Below are positions 1 to 12,042 of a stretch of 64,000 nucleotides of DNA, one piece after another. Each line of letters begins with the position of its first letter. The first letter of the stretch is position 1. The position numbers were made by a program, and so were the translations under genes. The notes under the pieces are model-generated. The model saw only the letters and a list, made by a program, of their open reading frames with translations. It was not told the origin of the DNA and did no database searches. Source of the stretch: Eledone cirrhosa (lineage: Eukaryota); assembly GCA_964016885.1 (NCBI GenBank), contig OZ024745.1, forward strand, positions 36,332,001 to 36,396,000. The letters are read 5' to 3'.

Positions 1-666
1 AAACGTTTATTTCCTAACGCTGAAGGGATTTTAATTCTTCCTTATTACAGTCCTCTAGCCATAGTTTTGAAATATTTTGTAGGGTGGTGTCTTTGGTTTT
101 ATTAATAATTGCTTGATTAATTTCATCGTCGATTGATTTGATCCTATCTTCATTTGCTTGGGCTCTCAATTTTCGGTTTTCATGTTATCAAGTGCCATTC
201 TTTCTCTGAGGCGTCTTTGTGTCTGGGGTTCGTTTGAGATGGATTTAATTTGTAGTTTGCGGGGAAGGATTAATGGGGATAAGTTAATCAATTTTTCATA
301 GATCTCTGCTTTGTTATTATTTTGTATCATCTCCCAAAAGGAGAATTTCTTGTTTTTAAGAGATGTGTACGATTGTCGTATTAATTTGTTTTTTATTTCG
401 TAAGTTGTGACTGTATTAGTGTCATGTGTTTTCTCGTTTGCTTAAATAGGATTTGTGTTGTTATTCAGGTGTGTTTTTATTGTCTCACATAAGTTGTTGA
501 TATTGTCGTTGGTTTCAGTGGATGTGTATTTTGGGATTGTTTCTTCACTTGTAGAATTAAATTTGTTGGTGAGTATTGACAAATTAGAGTTTATTTTTTG
601 TAGTTATTGGAGTATCTCTTGATTGATGTTAATGAAAGTGGAGTCTGTTTTGGTTTTAGTTGGCAT
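1..666 (-). pseudogene. Degraded ORF (>=220 codons, runs off the window edge); possibly ORF1 of a non-LTR retroelement
   Basis: Manual translation from ATG at 666: MPTKTKTDSTF...KKFSFWEMIQNNNKAEIYEK..PLILPRKLQIK..EPQTQRRLRE..IDDEINQAI..KLWLEDCNKEELKS, with about 3 stops and one frameshift. A/C-rich sense strand as in the neighbouring retroelements. Family not identified. Confidence 0.45.
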
Positions 667-745
667 TTTCTGTATCTCGTGTGGGAGTAAATAATAATTA
701 TAAAATGTGGAGAAGGCGCACACGAGTTGGAATATATATATATGT

Positions 746-930
746 AAATAGGAAAAGGTATGACCCCGACGGCAGAGCTCAAGCCGTTTCGACGGCTATT
801 TCTGGACTCGAAACGGCTTGAGCTCTGCCGTCAGGGTCATACTTTTTTCCTATTTCGCACTCTACTGCCCTAAGTATTGAGTACTTTGTTGCGTTATGGT
901 CCATCTGGATCCTTACCACAATTCCTTCGT
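746..930 (+). mobile_element. Family A PLE 3'-end module, fold-back palindrome (746-855) carrying the 3' half of a hammerhead
   Basis: Inverted arms around a partly deleted stem II; GAAA-CGGC-ttgagctct-GCCG-TC; tail shared with 6763-6845, 8192-8373, 48979-49169; TA-flanked. Confidence 0.7.
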
Positions 931-960
931 TATATATGTAATAATGGAGAAAAAAACGAT

Positions 961-2985
961 TATATCCCACACAACCTACGTATATATGCAATACAATTGT
1001 GGCTAAAAAATTCCCCAATGAACTTCCACAGCGCATCCCTAAAGAATTTGTGATGGACGGCCTAAAATTCATCTTGGAAAATAACTTCTTTGAATTCGAT
1101 GCGCCAACCTTATCATAGGATATTTGAAAACTACTCTCTACCGTAAAGTTCTAGACAAATACGGAAACCACTTCTACCTACACATTGAAAAACACTGGAA
1201 GAGATATCTGGACGATAACTTCATCCTCTGGCATGAAAGTATAGAAAGACTGATGAGTTTAAAACAATTCTAAATGGACTCAACACAAACATACAATTTA
1301 CAATGGAATACAGCCAAGATCAACACCCTTTCCTTGATATCGACACCAAGAAAACAAACGAACAAAATAGAAACAGACATATACTACAAACCCACAGACT
1401 CCAAACAATATCTTCCAATTATCACGTGCCACCCTGGCCATACCAAAATGGAATTTCATTATAACGTAGCCAGAATAATCTGCACAATAGCTTCAGATAA
1501 ATACACATGCTACACACGACGAGATCAAGTAAAGAAAACACTTATCAGCAGAAACTACCCACCATCCCTAATCAACAATGTATTCCAACTTAACGTAAAA
1601 CTCAACATCCAGGAACTCAGACACCCCAGACCCAGGAATGAACAGAAACAGAAAACTCGACCATACTTCTTCACAGACAACCTCCTCAACAATGAGGAAT
1701 TGGACACCATCCTCCAGAACATTACTTTACTAAAAAGAGACTCAAGAATGAACAAAATCCTCCAAACACACAAACATCAAAAAGAGCAAAAGACAACCTA
1801 AATCCATAAAAAACATCCTCACACAATCCAAAATCCAACCAAACCTCATAATGAAGCCTACAGTAAATATTGCGGAAGGCCCAACTGTGGTATATGCATA
1901 AATCTAATAGAAGGTTCAACATTCCACTTTAAACAAGGACAATATTTCACAGTTAAATACAACTTTACATGTGCATCTGAAAACCTAATCTATGTTTTGA
2001 CCTGCTCAGGTTGTCGAGAGCACCTCATAGGACAGACAAAAAACAGCCTTCGACAACGTATGGCCGTCCATAGATCACAAATCAAAATACAGGAATACAG
2101 AAAGATTGCTTTTAGTGAACATATCGCCAATTGTGCACCTAACCAACAACCAAGCTTTAAAATTTTCCCCATTTACAAATTCATAGACAACGCTTCTTTC
2201 ATCCATCGTACCAATAAGGAAACGTACTTCATTAACAAATTCCAACCTCTACTTAATGGACTAAACTTCGGACTAAACTAAAACTTGAACGAACAATGAA
2301 CCATAGCCCAAAACTCCTACGTTCTCTAAAGAGTTACCTCCCTAACACCGTACCTAATCCTTTTTCTTATATCTCCTTCCTGGCCACCCTGAATTACCTC
2401 CCCCTGCATATTAACTCTCTGAAAAGGGAAAACATATCCAACCCCAGACTACGATTTGCGCCCCCTCCCCACCACCATCATGGATCAACTCCTCTAAACG
2501 CTCCTGCCATAATAACACTTTTCGAACTGCTTATCCTCAAGAACTATGCCTGAAAATAATATTATTCTTTCTTTCCCTTTACCTTACCATGTTCCACATC
2601 ACCCCTTTTTTCTTTACTTCGAAAACCTTGTTTGTAAATAATATTATTCCTTCTTTCCCATTTCAATAATACGTTCAACATCACCTTATCATCTCTCCTT
2701 CATTTTATATCAATACAAATTCCCCCTTTTTTTCTCTCCCACTCACATAATTCGATAATGCATAAAATGCTGAAACCGGTAATTGACAATTATTAAATAA
2801 ATAAATTAATAAATAAATAAATAAATGCTATTGTTTATTAATAGATAAATTAACTAATACCTTAACACTTCACACAATGTAAAATATTTTGTTTTAAAGA
2901 TTTTCTAACCCAGAAAAAAGAGAAGAAAATTAAAGAAAAAAAATATTTTTTTCTTCCTAATAATCGGTTTTTTTTCTCTCTATTT
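961..2985 (+). mobile_element. Penelope-like element 1: 5'-truncated, frameshifted RT + GIY-YIG (961-2281) and 3' UTR
   Basis: ILENNFFEFD, WKRYLDD, PFLD, DIYYKPTDSKQYL, CGRPNCGIC, NFTCASENLIYVLTCSGC..IGQT..LRQRMAVH, E.YFINKFQPLLN. Internal deletion of the GxxMG motif; ends in (TA)n. Confidence 0.9.
2748..2784 (+). ncRNA. Degenerate minimal hammerhead in the PLE1 3' UTR
   Basis: aat-TCGATAA-tGCAT-aaa-ATGCt-GAAA-CCGG-TA-att; palindromic stem III intact, CUGANGA box mutated. Confidence 0.45.
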
Positions 2986-3034
2986 ACATATATATATATA
3001 TATATTCCAACTCGTGTGCTCCTTCTCCACATTA

Positions 3035-3076
<42 letters not shown>

Positions 3077-3079
<3 letters not shown>

Positions 3080-3473
3080 CGTTTCTGAATTTGTTTTGCA
3101 AGATTGATTCTTTATCTGAAAACGTGTGTTGAAACCGACATTGTTATACTTTGGGAGGATCATATTGCCAATGAGAAACACACGCACCAGTTGCTTTCAC
3201 TTCAATTTATTATGAATTAAATTTATAAATTTAGGAATTTATAAATTTCTGGTTGGTTGGTTGGTTCCACAACCAGAGGATTGTTCAAATATTGTCAAAG
3301 TTCTTTCGTCACACATTCTGAAGAGGTCACAGAATTTGTGACGAAAGAACTTTGACAATATATGAACAACCGGAAATTTATAAATTCCTAAATTTATAAA
3401 TTTAATTTATAATGAATTGAAGTGAAACATGGTGCATGTGTTTCTTATTGGCAACATGACCCTCCCAAAGTAT

Positions 3474-3480
<7 letters not shown>
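3077..3480. mobile_element. Fold-back PLE 3'-end module related to the PLE3 tail; ~340 bp palindrome (3139-3480) with its apex at the hammerhead core
   Basis: Long inverted arms. Centre reads CTGAAGA-gGTCAC-agaattt-GTGAC-GAAA-GAAC-TT. Tail atgaccctcccaaagtataacaat matches ~38395-38460 and ~29128-29190. Confidence 0.7.
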
Positions 3481-3569
<89 letters not shown>

Positions 3570-3585
3570 CTCCATTAACATGACA

Positions 3586-3672
3586 AGGGCTCTGACAAGC
3601 TGCGGACTACAGAGTCAGATCAGATAGATACAGATCGAACCTTGAGCTGATTCGTGGCGAAACGCGCTTCAC
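3586..3672 (+). ncRNA. Degenerate hammerhead with long stem II
   Basis: CTGACAA-GCTGCGGA...TTCGTGGC-GAAA-CGCG, followed by AATAAA; core G8 mutated and cleavage site unclear. Confidence 0.35.
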
Positions 3673-3828
3673 CAACCAATAAACGTAATGAATGAGTAAC
3701 CAATCGTACTTGTTATTATATTTTACTATAATACACTTTTGTCTAGCTCTACACCTCGACACGGAAGTGAACCTAAACATCGAGTGCTCACCCGGGTGAA
3801 CCTACAGTAACTCCAAGTTACACTTCCT

Positions 3829-4085
3829 GGATATATATATCACAAAACAAAGAGCATCTGTGTTGCGACCAATGGAATTTATTGGACATATTACAATCGT
3901 TTCTCTGGCGACCAGCTCGAGGCACGATCGATGTGATGATCGATTCTGACTCTGAAAATGGCAACGTCCTCGGATACGTCTTGATTCTAAGAAGCAGATT
4001 TTCCTAATCAGAGAAACGATTGTAATATGTCCAATAAATTCTATTCGTCGCAACACTGATTCTCTTTTTTTGTGATATCATCCTG
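3829..4085. repeat. Inverted repeat (~75 bp arms, ~100 bp spacer) with a hammerhead 3' half
   Basis: ...catattacaatcgtttctctg / cagagaaacgattgtaatatg...; GAAA-CGATTG-TA then AATAAA; bracketed by direct TCGAGTGCTCAC at 3780 and 4101. Confidence 0.65.
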
Positions 4086-4341
4086 TACTCTATGAGAGCG
4101 TCGAGTGCTCACACGGCCTACCGCATACGGACGCTTTAAGCATCTAACACCAATTATATTTATATATATATATATACTATGAAAAATTAACGAAGATCGC
4201 CGGTATTATTTCAACGGTGTGATCTCCGGCCAGTGTCTAGCTCGCTCAATGAATTTGCCGAGTAGCAGCAATGGAGTTGCAAACAGCCGTTCAGAGTGTA
4301 CGTATTCAGTTAGGTAAAGAGAAAGGTGAAATTGTCATCCC

Positions 4342-4414
<73 letters not shown>

Positions 4415-4453
4415 AAGAACACAAGGGCGTCTACAACATCAACAGATTTTTAT

Positions 4454-4502
4454 TGGCTTACAATGTTTCTTCCTTACGTAACCGTAGGATTCGTCAGAGC
4501 TA
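4454..4502 (-). ncRNA. Minimal type I hammerhead ribozyme in a ~140 bp TA-flanked module (4411-4549)
   Basis: Minus strand: GCT-CTGACGA-aTCCTACG-gtta-CGTaAGGAa-GAAA-CATTG-TA-AGC, then AATAAA; predicted GUA cleavage. Confidence 0.8.
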
Positions 4503-4648
4503 TAAAAGGGCTTTGATTGGTGTTATGGACTCTACCAACCAAACATTCATATATATATATATATATATATATATTACTCTTTCACCCTTAACAGGACCTT
4601 CTACGGGATATACGGATTTTAGTCTTCACATTTATTATTATTATTATA

Positions 4649-4690
<42 letters not shown>

Positions 4691-4812
4691 TTTTGATATG
4701 ATTCCAGTTCCTCAGTGAAATAACAACCCAACCAGGAACTGGGCATATCAGAGTATTGACAAAATTATACACCTCAACAACATATGTACTTGTCTATACC
4801 ACACTAATTCAA

Positions 4813-4867
4813 ACTACCTGAAGAGGTCACAGCCAAAGATGGCTGTCACTGAAATATACATAGCAGT
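4813..4867 (+). ncRNA. Type I hammerhead in a pLTR module (4690-4915)
   Basis: ACTAC-CTGAAGA-GGTCACAGCC-aaagat-GGCTGTCACT-GAAA-TATACA-TA-GCAGT, then AATAAA; paralogue of 19745-19799. Confidence 0.75.
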
Positions 4868-4912
4868 AATAAACGAAGCTAAATTTTAAACATTTGACTC
4901 TTTATTTAACTT

Positions 4913-4958
<46 letters not shown>

Positions 4959-5242
4959 ATGGGGCCGGTTGCACCAACTAGGCATATTTTTGCACTCAGA
5001 CGCTTACATATGCAAATATCGACGCAAAACTTTTTGGATCGATTTCTATACATATCCATGGTTTTACTGATCACCCTAAGCACGTTATTTTTTCTCTGAA
5101 TCAACAGTGTAATAAGCAGATCAATGCAGGTCCATGTTTTTCAGAGGTGACATTCCGTCAATGATCTGTGAAATGCGCGTAACATTTCGATCCCCAATAC
5201 ATATAATCGAAACATCATCGTTTTTTATTATTATATACAATA

Positions 5243-5309
5243 ATAAAATAAAGTACCAGTAACACACTGGAATGGTTGCTGGCCTTGTGCCAAAAGTAGA
5301 AACAATTAT
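5243..5309 (+). mobile_element. SINE 3' fragment
   Basis: ataaagtaccagt...gctggccttgtgccaaaagtagaaacaatta, matching the fuller copies. Confidence 0.75.
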
Positions 5310-5328
5310 ATTCAATATGCCTGCTCAT

Positions 5329-5367
5329 CGAGAAGAAGAAGAAGAAGAAGAAGAAGAAGAAGAAGAA
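5329..5367. repeat. (GAA)n microsatellite
   Basis: Direct reading. Confidence 0.95.
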
Positions 5368-6612
5368 TTGAAATCTGAGATTCATATAAAACCTGTGAAT
5401 GAACATATTCAATATTAAATATATATAACCATACATACATAATACTTTGCCAATTCGTAATATCAAAGTTTGTTCTCTTTCCATATCATGATACGTTACC
5501 TCTCCTTTTCAGTGAACAATATCGAAAGCTTTGATACAAAACAGTCCGAACGGATGATTAATGCTTTGATGTAAATTGTATTTCCTTTTGGTTCTGCATA
5601 ATTATGTCTCTCGCCAAGTTCAATGAAATATTAAGAATCCTTATAAGCTATAAGAAAATAGAGGTGTCATTTTGTCAACTCCAATGGTAGTTTGAAGAAT
5701 GGCCTCATAAAATTACTCGAAGTAGATATAGATGTATCATGACATTATCCGTATTGGCTGCTCTAACCAAGAGAAATCACAGCTTCCTATATTCCATAAA
5801 TCATATTTTGGTGTAACATCTCTTCTTTATCATGCAATTTATTCACACATCCTCTGTTTCTAATGACATTTTAATATTCTCTCTCTGTCATAATATTTAA
5901 AGAGTCTCGTCCTAAACCCAATTACAAAACACCTTTGTATTATGGCAACTGTTATTGAGTGTACATATCTTGAAATGTTTGTTTATCTGGAGAAAACTAC
6001 TACGAATTGCTTATACAAATTATCATAATTTGAACAAACCAGAAATATTTTATGATAGAAAATTTAATTCATTTCGGGACCTCATGTAAGAAATACTATT
6101 TATAATAATTATACTTACCCCAAGTAAATATATATTATACAAATATCGCGTGAAATTTGTTGTCTAAGGTATATCACATATGATATTCACAAAAAAGGTT
6201 ACGATATATTTGTCTAATCCTGTTTGACACCCAAATGTTCAGGTGCATATAAATATGAATTCTATATTGAACTTCGATCTCTTTGCACAATATGCTTGTG
6301 ATAGCAAAACATTATCCCTTAAATCACACCTCATTAGAAAGCACACTTTTGTATTTTACCAGTACACTCTCGAATATATTTGTGCAAAGGCAAATGCATA
6401 CGAATAGGTGTTTCTATTATCCATGAGCATTTTCACACATACACACATATATACACGCATACAATGCCAGATAATATCATATATTATATGTGTGTGCACA
6501 CGCAAACACATATAATTGTATAGATTATTGGTCTCCCAAGATATATATTAACTTAATAGGTTATGTAAATGTGTGAAGAGCAATTAGACACAAATATGCC
6601 TAGTCTTTCTTC

Positions 6613-6697
6613 AAAGTCCTGACTGCACAGTTTCGCCGATTGGTATGCAGTCAAAGTGCATCCCAGGTGCATTGGAGCCGTAAGGTTATCGGACTTT
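6613..6697 (-). ncRNA. Degenerate hammerhead
   Basis: Minus strand: AAAGTCC-gataa...tcggc-GAAA-CTG-tg-CAG-TC-aGGACTTT; 7-bp stem I and GUC site present, CUGA box eroded. Confidence 0.4.
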
Positions 6698-6725
6698 CAA
6701 GAGACTCCCTCAATGAAAAGCAATT

Positions 6726-6762
<37 letters not shown>

Positions 6763-6845
6763 AAGAAAGTGTGGTAAGGAACCACGTGGACCATAACGCA
6801 TCAGCGTACTCGATACTTAGGGTAGTAGAGTGTGTAATATATTTT
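6763..6845 (-). mobile_element. Family A tail fragment
   Basis: gtgtggtaagga..ggaccataacgca..tacttagggtagtagagtg matches 48987-49058. Confidence 0.7.
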
Positions 6846-6922
6846 CTTCTTCGACCGAGTTTACACTACATACTGTAGTAGAAATCAGTATTATTATTAT
6901 TTACTCGGCTTGAAGCACACAC

Positions 6923-7005
<83 letters not shown>

Positions 7006-7384
7006 TATGTGTGTGTGTGTGTCACTTAATATTGGCAAAAGTAACAGAGAGTGACCGACGGATCTGTTTCTCGCTTGTTATTGTTTATCGAGACCACACA
7101 CTCCGCTGCCTTTGCCGAAAATTATAGCAGCTCGATTCTTATAGAATTCCAGTAATAATCCGGTCCAGCAAAAAAAAGGTATTAGTATTGATGCTCTGAA
7201 ATAGCGATGTATAGATGAATGTATGTATAGTATATTTGGCAATAAAACTGTATGTTTAATTAAAACATTTAGAAGACCATTCGCTATGAGTTTTAAAGTA
7301 AATTATATATACGGTAAACATTGATGTAGTTCAATTCAAGAACTCAACGTACATTTTCCCACATAGGAATGACGGAGTATTTTT

Positions 7385-7720
7385 AGAATAAGGAAATACA
7401 AAGAAATTTAAATGTTAAAGTCCTTCATTGATAAGACCGTGATACATATTTCGATGACGACAGTGGACACACGATTCCGCGTAGTAACCAGTGCAATGCT
7501 CTCAACAGAGAGCTTCTAACATAATAAGGTTACAATCAGAAGGTACTCCAAAACTGAAGTGACAACGGAATGGACAAACACGACGTTCCTGCAGCGAATG
7601 CTCGCTCCCCCTCTCAGCTTCAATTCACGCCAACAGGTTTCCGCATGTAACAATGTGGGATATGTAGCTGACTACTATAGCAAAACATAGCAAACTATGC
7701 TATAGAGGTTCCTGTCCTCT
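7385..7720 (-). mobile_element. Family F pLTR-like module, inverted paralogue of 10900-11215
   Basis: Reverse complement aligns by eye with 10900-11215; carries CTGTTGA...ATC-GAAA-TATGTA-TC. Confidence 0.7.
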
Positions 7721-8087
7721 CCCTCACCAAAGGGTCACAGTGTGCCAGCCAACTATGATTCTGGCCGAATAGTGTATTGGCAGAAGACTAACAGGTAGTG
7801 GAGAGTATGATTTTAACGGTTTCTATACAACCTATACAAATAATGCCTAATTCTGGGTCCAGATATTATGCTTTCATACTATTAAATAAGAGAAATTAAA
7901 AGTTTTGATTATTATAAATTAAAGAATATAAGCTAAGGTATAGAATGCGATAATTTAAACGAATAACTAGCAAATATCTTCCTCCATCAGTTGAATTAAC
8001 ACACATGGTAAGAGATGAAAAACATCGGTAAAGAGCAAGGTAAGTACACATATAAACATACACACGTACACATAGACACACACACAC

Positions 8088-8437
<350 letters not shown>

Positions 8438-8516
8438 CAATAGAAAACGAAAATTCAGTGAGGCATCTGAACTCAATTATTCGCATATTATCTCCGTATA
8501 TATATATATATATTAT

Positions 8517-8704
8517 GGTGGATTGGCAGTATCGGTAGAGGGTCGGACGCCATGCTTTGAAGCATAGAGTTACCTCCCTGTATGATCTGAGTTCAAATCC
8601 CGCCGAGGTTAACTTTGCCTTTCATCCTTCCGGGGTCGATAAAATTAAAGTACCCATAATGCACTGGGTAATTGCTGGCCTTGTGCCAAAAGTAGAAACA
8701 ATTA
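8517..8704 (+). mobile_element. tRNA-derived SINE with Meta-like core
   Basis: A-box-like TGGCAGTATCGGT, B-box GAGTTCAAATCC, core aactttgcctttcatccttccggggtcgataaa; multiple copies in the window. Confidence 0.85.
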
Positions 8705-8740
8705 TATATATATATTATATATATGTATATATATATATAG

Positions 8741-9273
8741 ATGTAATCTGAGTTTTTCGATTATTAATAATAACATTCGATTCGTTTGCAATTATGCAAA
8801 CAAGCCTCAATTTTATAGCCATGTCAGTAGAATGAACCTTTCACTTTTGCTCATTTTTTGGCATGTGAACAGAACTGCAGACACTAATGTTTCTGAGTAT
8901 CACCCTTCATCAGTACAGCTCACTGTTCACCTGCCAAACTGTCAGAGCTAATGAATATACACGCTATTTTCAAAAGTACATTGACTGATCGGCCTGATTT
9001 GCTGCATATTAGTAGACTGGCTGATCAGTAAGATCTGCATATTAGCAGATCCACTGATCAGCCAGATTTGCATATCGGTAGACTGGCTAGTCAGATTCCT
9101 GTATACGAGTGATAAATGGCAGGCTTTGCCAAATTCAAATAAAAAAGGAAATTTTCGCTATACATGGCTGAATACAATAAATGTAATCTGAGTTTTTCGA
9201 ATATTAATAATAACATTTGATTCTTTAGCAATTATGCAAACAAGCCTCAATTTTATAGCCATGTCAGTAGAAT
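8741..9273 (-). mobile_element. Terminally redundant 440-bp unit (93-bp direct repeats 8741-8833 and 9181-9273) carrying a hammerhead
   Basis: The repeats align without gaps at period 440; HHR at 8860-8935; internal ~31-bp imperfect tandem at 8985-9095. Confidence 0.75.
8860..8935 (-). ncRNA. Type I hammerhead with extended stem I
   Basis: Minus strand: GGCAgGTGAACAG-t-GAGCTGTA-CTGATGA-aGGGT-gat-ACTCa-GAAA-CA-ttag-TG-TC-TGCAGTT-CTGTTCACaTGCC; GUC site. Confidence 0.85.
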
Positions 9274-9523
9274 TCTACTTACATGTAGTTTTAAACAATT
9301 TGATTTAATTTTATGATATGATTTGGTAGATCTAGTAAGTTCTTTGTTAACTTCGGTGGGAGATTTTTAAAGATTCCTGGTTAACTTTCCTGGAGAACTT
9401 TCTCGCATTCGTCGGTGGAGATTGTCAAACTCATCTCAGTTTGACAATCGCCAGCAATACACTATTCGGCTGGAATCAGAGCTGGCTGACTGGCACCCTG
9501 TGACCCTTATGTTTATATATATA

Positions 9524-9577
<54 letters not shown>

Positions 9578-9578
9578 C

Positions 9579-9750
9579 ACATGTACGTCAATACTCCCAT
9601 GTACGTCAATACTCATCTTTTTCCATTTCTCCGAGGGTTCTTAACCCCACTATCAGGCTAAATAATTTCTTTAATTTCTTTAGTCAAAATACGGCGATAG
9701 CTTACATTTCTTAGAATTTCAAACCCACTCGCTGTTTCGAAAATATTCTT
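9579..9750. repeat. Family G TA-flanked dispersed repeat
   Basis: Matches 43363-43480 and the reverse complement of 43075-43227. Confidence 0.7.
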
Positions 9751-9765
9751 ATATATATATATATT

Positions 9766-9888
<123 letters not shown>

Positions 9889-9891
9889 ATA

Positions 9892-9972
<81 letters not shown>

Positions 9973-10607
9973 TATATATATATATATACACACCCATGCA
10001 TACCAAGATAGAAATAGGGTAGAATTTGTAAATATAGTGACTTTTACTACATTCCCGATTTAGTGACATTTAATAGGTTTAATACTACTATGCTTAATAT
10101 TTTGCGTAGACAATAGAATTGACCCTGTCCGCAAACAGAATTATTGCAAGGTCTAGGTACTGTGTTTTCGCAATGGAAATTGAAGTTACCAACACGAATG
10201 AAAAATAGAAATCAAAACAGAAAATAAAAGTTAAAATGTTGTTTAAGTAAATATAGAATATAGCCTAAAGTGTGGAGCGTGAACATTTAAACAAACAATT
10301 AGTTAATATCATCCTCTATCACATGATATTAACAATGAAAAACAATATTAAAAAAATGAAAATAAATGAAAATACTATCAAGAAAACATATTGACCGAGG
10401 ATAAAATATATAAAGAATACATAATGAGGGATTAAATATACGTATTGAGAGAAGAAAAGAAAATATATGTAAGAATCAAGGTTATTATACATATATACAC
10501 GCATACCGAGATTAATACAGTAAACTCTACCACATACACAATCTATTGGGAAAAATCAGTCAACTTAGTCTTTGCATATAAAATCCATTGTCCGATCATT
10601 ATCGGAT

Positions 10608-10799
10608 TAAGTGGTTTGGCAGTGTCGGTAGAGGGTCGGACAACAGGCTTTGCAGCACAGAGTTACGCCCTTTTCTGATCCGAGTTCAAATCCTGCCGAG
10701 GTTAACTTTGCCTTTCATCCTTTACGGGGTCGATAAAATAAAGTACCAGTAATGCACTGGGATAATTTCTGGCCTTGTGACAAAAGTAGAAACAATTAT
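10608..10799 (+). mobile_element. tRNA-derived SINE (Meta-like core)
   Basis: Same head, B-box, core and tail as 8517-8704. Confidence 0.85.
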
Positions 10800-11084
10800 C
10801 GGATTACGCGAGTGGAGTGGCGTTTCAAGGCCTCAATGAGAAATGTAGGTAAAACTATGGATTTATTGTTGCTTTTATGTTCACTTCTTTATCTATAGGA
10901 TAGTTTGCTATGTTTTGCTATAGTAGTCAGCTACATATCCACACATTTACACATACCCAAACCTGTTGGCGTGAATTGGAGCTCACAGGGGAACGGGCAT
11001 TCGCTTCAGGAACATCGTGTTTGTCCGTGCCGTTGTCACTTCAATTTTGGATTACCTCCTGATTGTAACCTTATTATGTTAGAA

Positions 11085-11162
11085 GCTCTCTGATGAGATC
11101 ATAGCGTTGTGTACTACGGGGGATCGTGTGGCCACTCTCCTCATCGAAAAATGTATCACGGC
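11085..11162 (+). ncRNA. Hammerhead-like motif in the family F module (10900-11285)
   Basis: GCTCT-CTGATGA-GAT-(~40 nt)-ATC-GAAA-aatgta-TC-ACGGC; one stem I mismatch and a weak stem III. Confidence 0.55.
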
Positions 11163-11433
11163 CTTAACAGTAAAGGACTTTAACATCTCAACTACTTTGT
11201 ATTTCCTTATTCTATGTATATATTTTCTAAATAGTACATTCATTGTGTACTTAAGCATTGAATACAATATATATGTTTGTATAAGTCTCCTCCTCAGAAA
11301 GGAAGATGAAAAAACCTTTTAAATCTTTAATTTTTAGTTTTTAATTCTTATTAAATCAAAGAACGGAAAAAAAGAAAAACAGACCCTACAATATATTTTC
11401 CGTGCTATTTCCAACGTTCCCTCTATCTCTCTC

Positions 11434-11469
<36 letters not shown>

Positions 11470-11978
11470 AATAAAAACTCAGCGAGAATCGCATTTTCGG
11501 CGGGCAGGAAAGGCGAAGCGAAACGCAAAAATCAGAAATGATACTGGCAAAGTGCTCAATAGTTAAAAACCAGAGCTAAACAATGTGTTAAGAAGCCATA
11601 CCAAACTGAAAAGGTGGTCAAGAAGGCATTAACCACCCAAGCCAAAAACCAAATCAAACTAAACAGGTCAAAACAAAATAAATGATAAAAAAATAAATGA
11701 CAACCAGACCTGGACTCCCGTAATTGCTGTTAAAATTCGATGTAGAGTTTCTGTGACACCTAAATCAAAATACAGTCTGCTTAAAAATATAAGCTTTGTG
11801 TATAACGATCGAACAATGAATATCACGTTATCAACAGGTACTTCGCTCTGTACCAAATAGGTGAATGACACGGTGGTAAGTTAAACCACGTGTGGAAATC
11901 ACAAGGGGAATAACCCCAGATTTTGGTAAATTAATTCAGTTGGTGTTAATCATGCGAAAAATTGCATAAATAGCACAA

Positions 11979-12042
<64 letters not shown>

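Noticed and set aside
11605-11645. CTGAAAA-GGTGGT...ACCACC-CAAG as a hammerhead
   Set aside because: Both core boxes are mutated and there is no stem I or III support.
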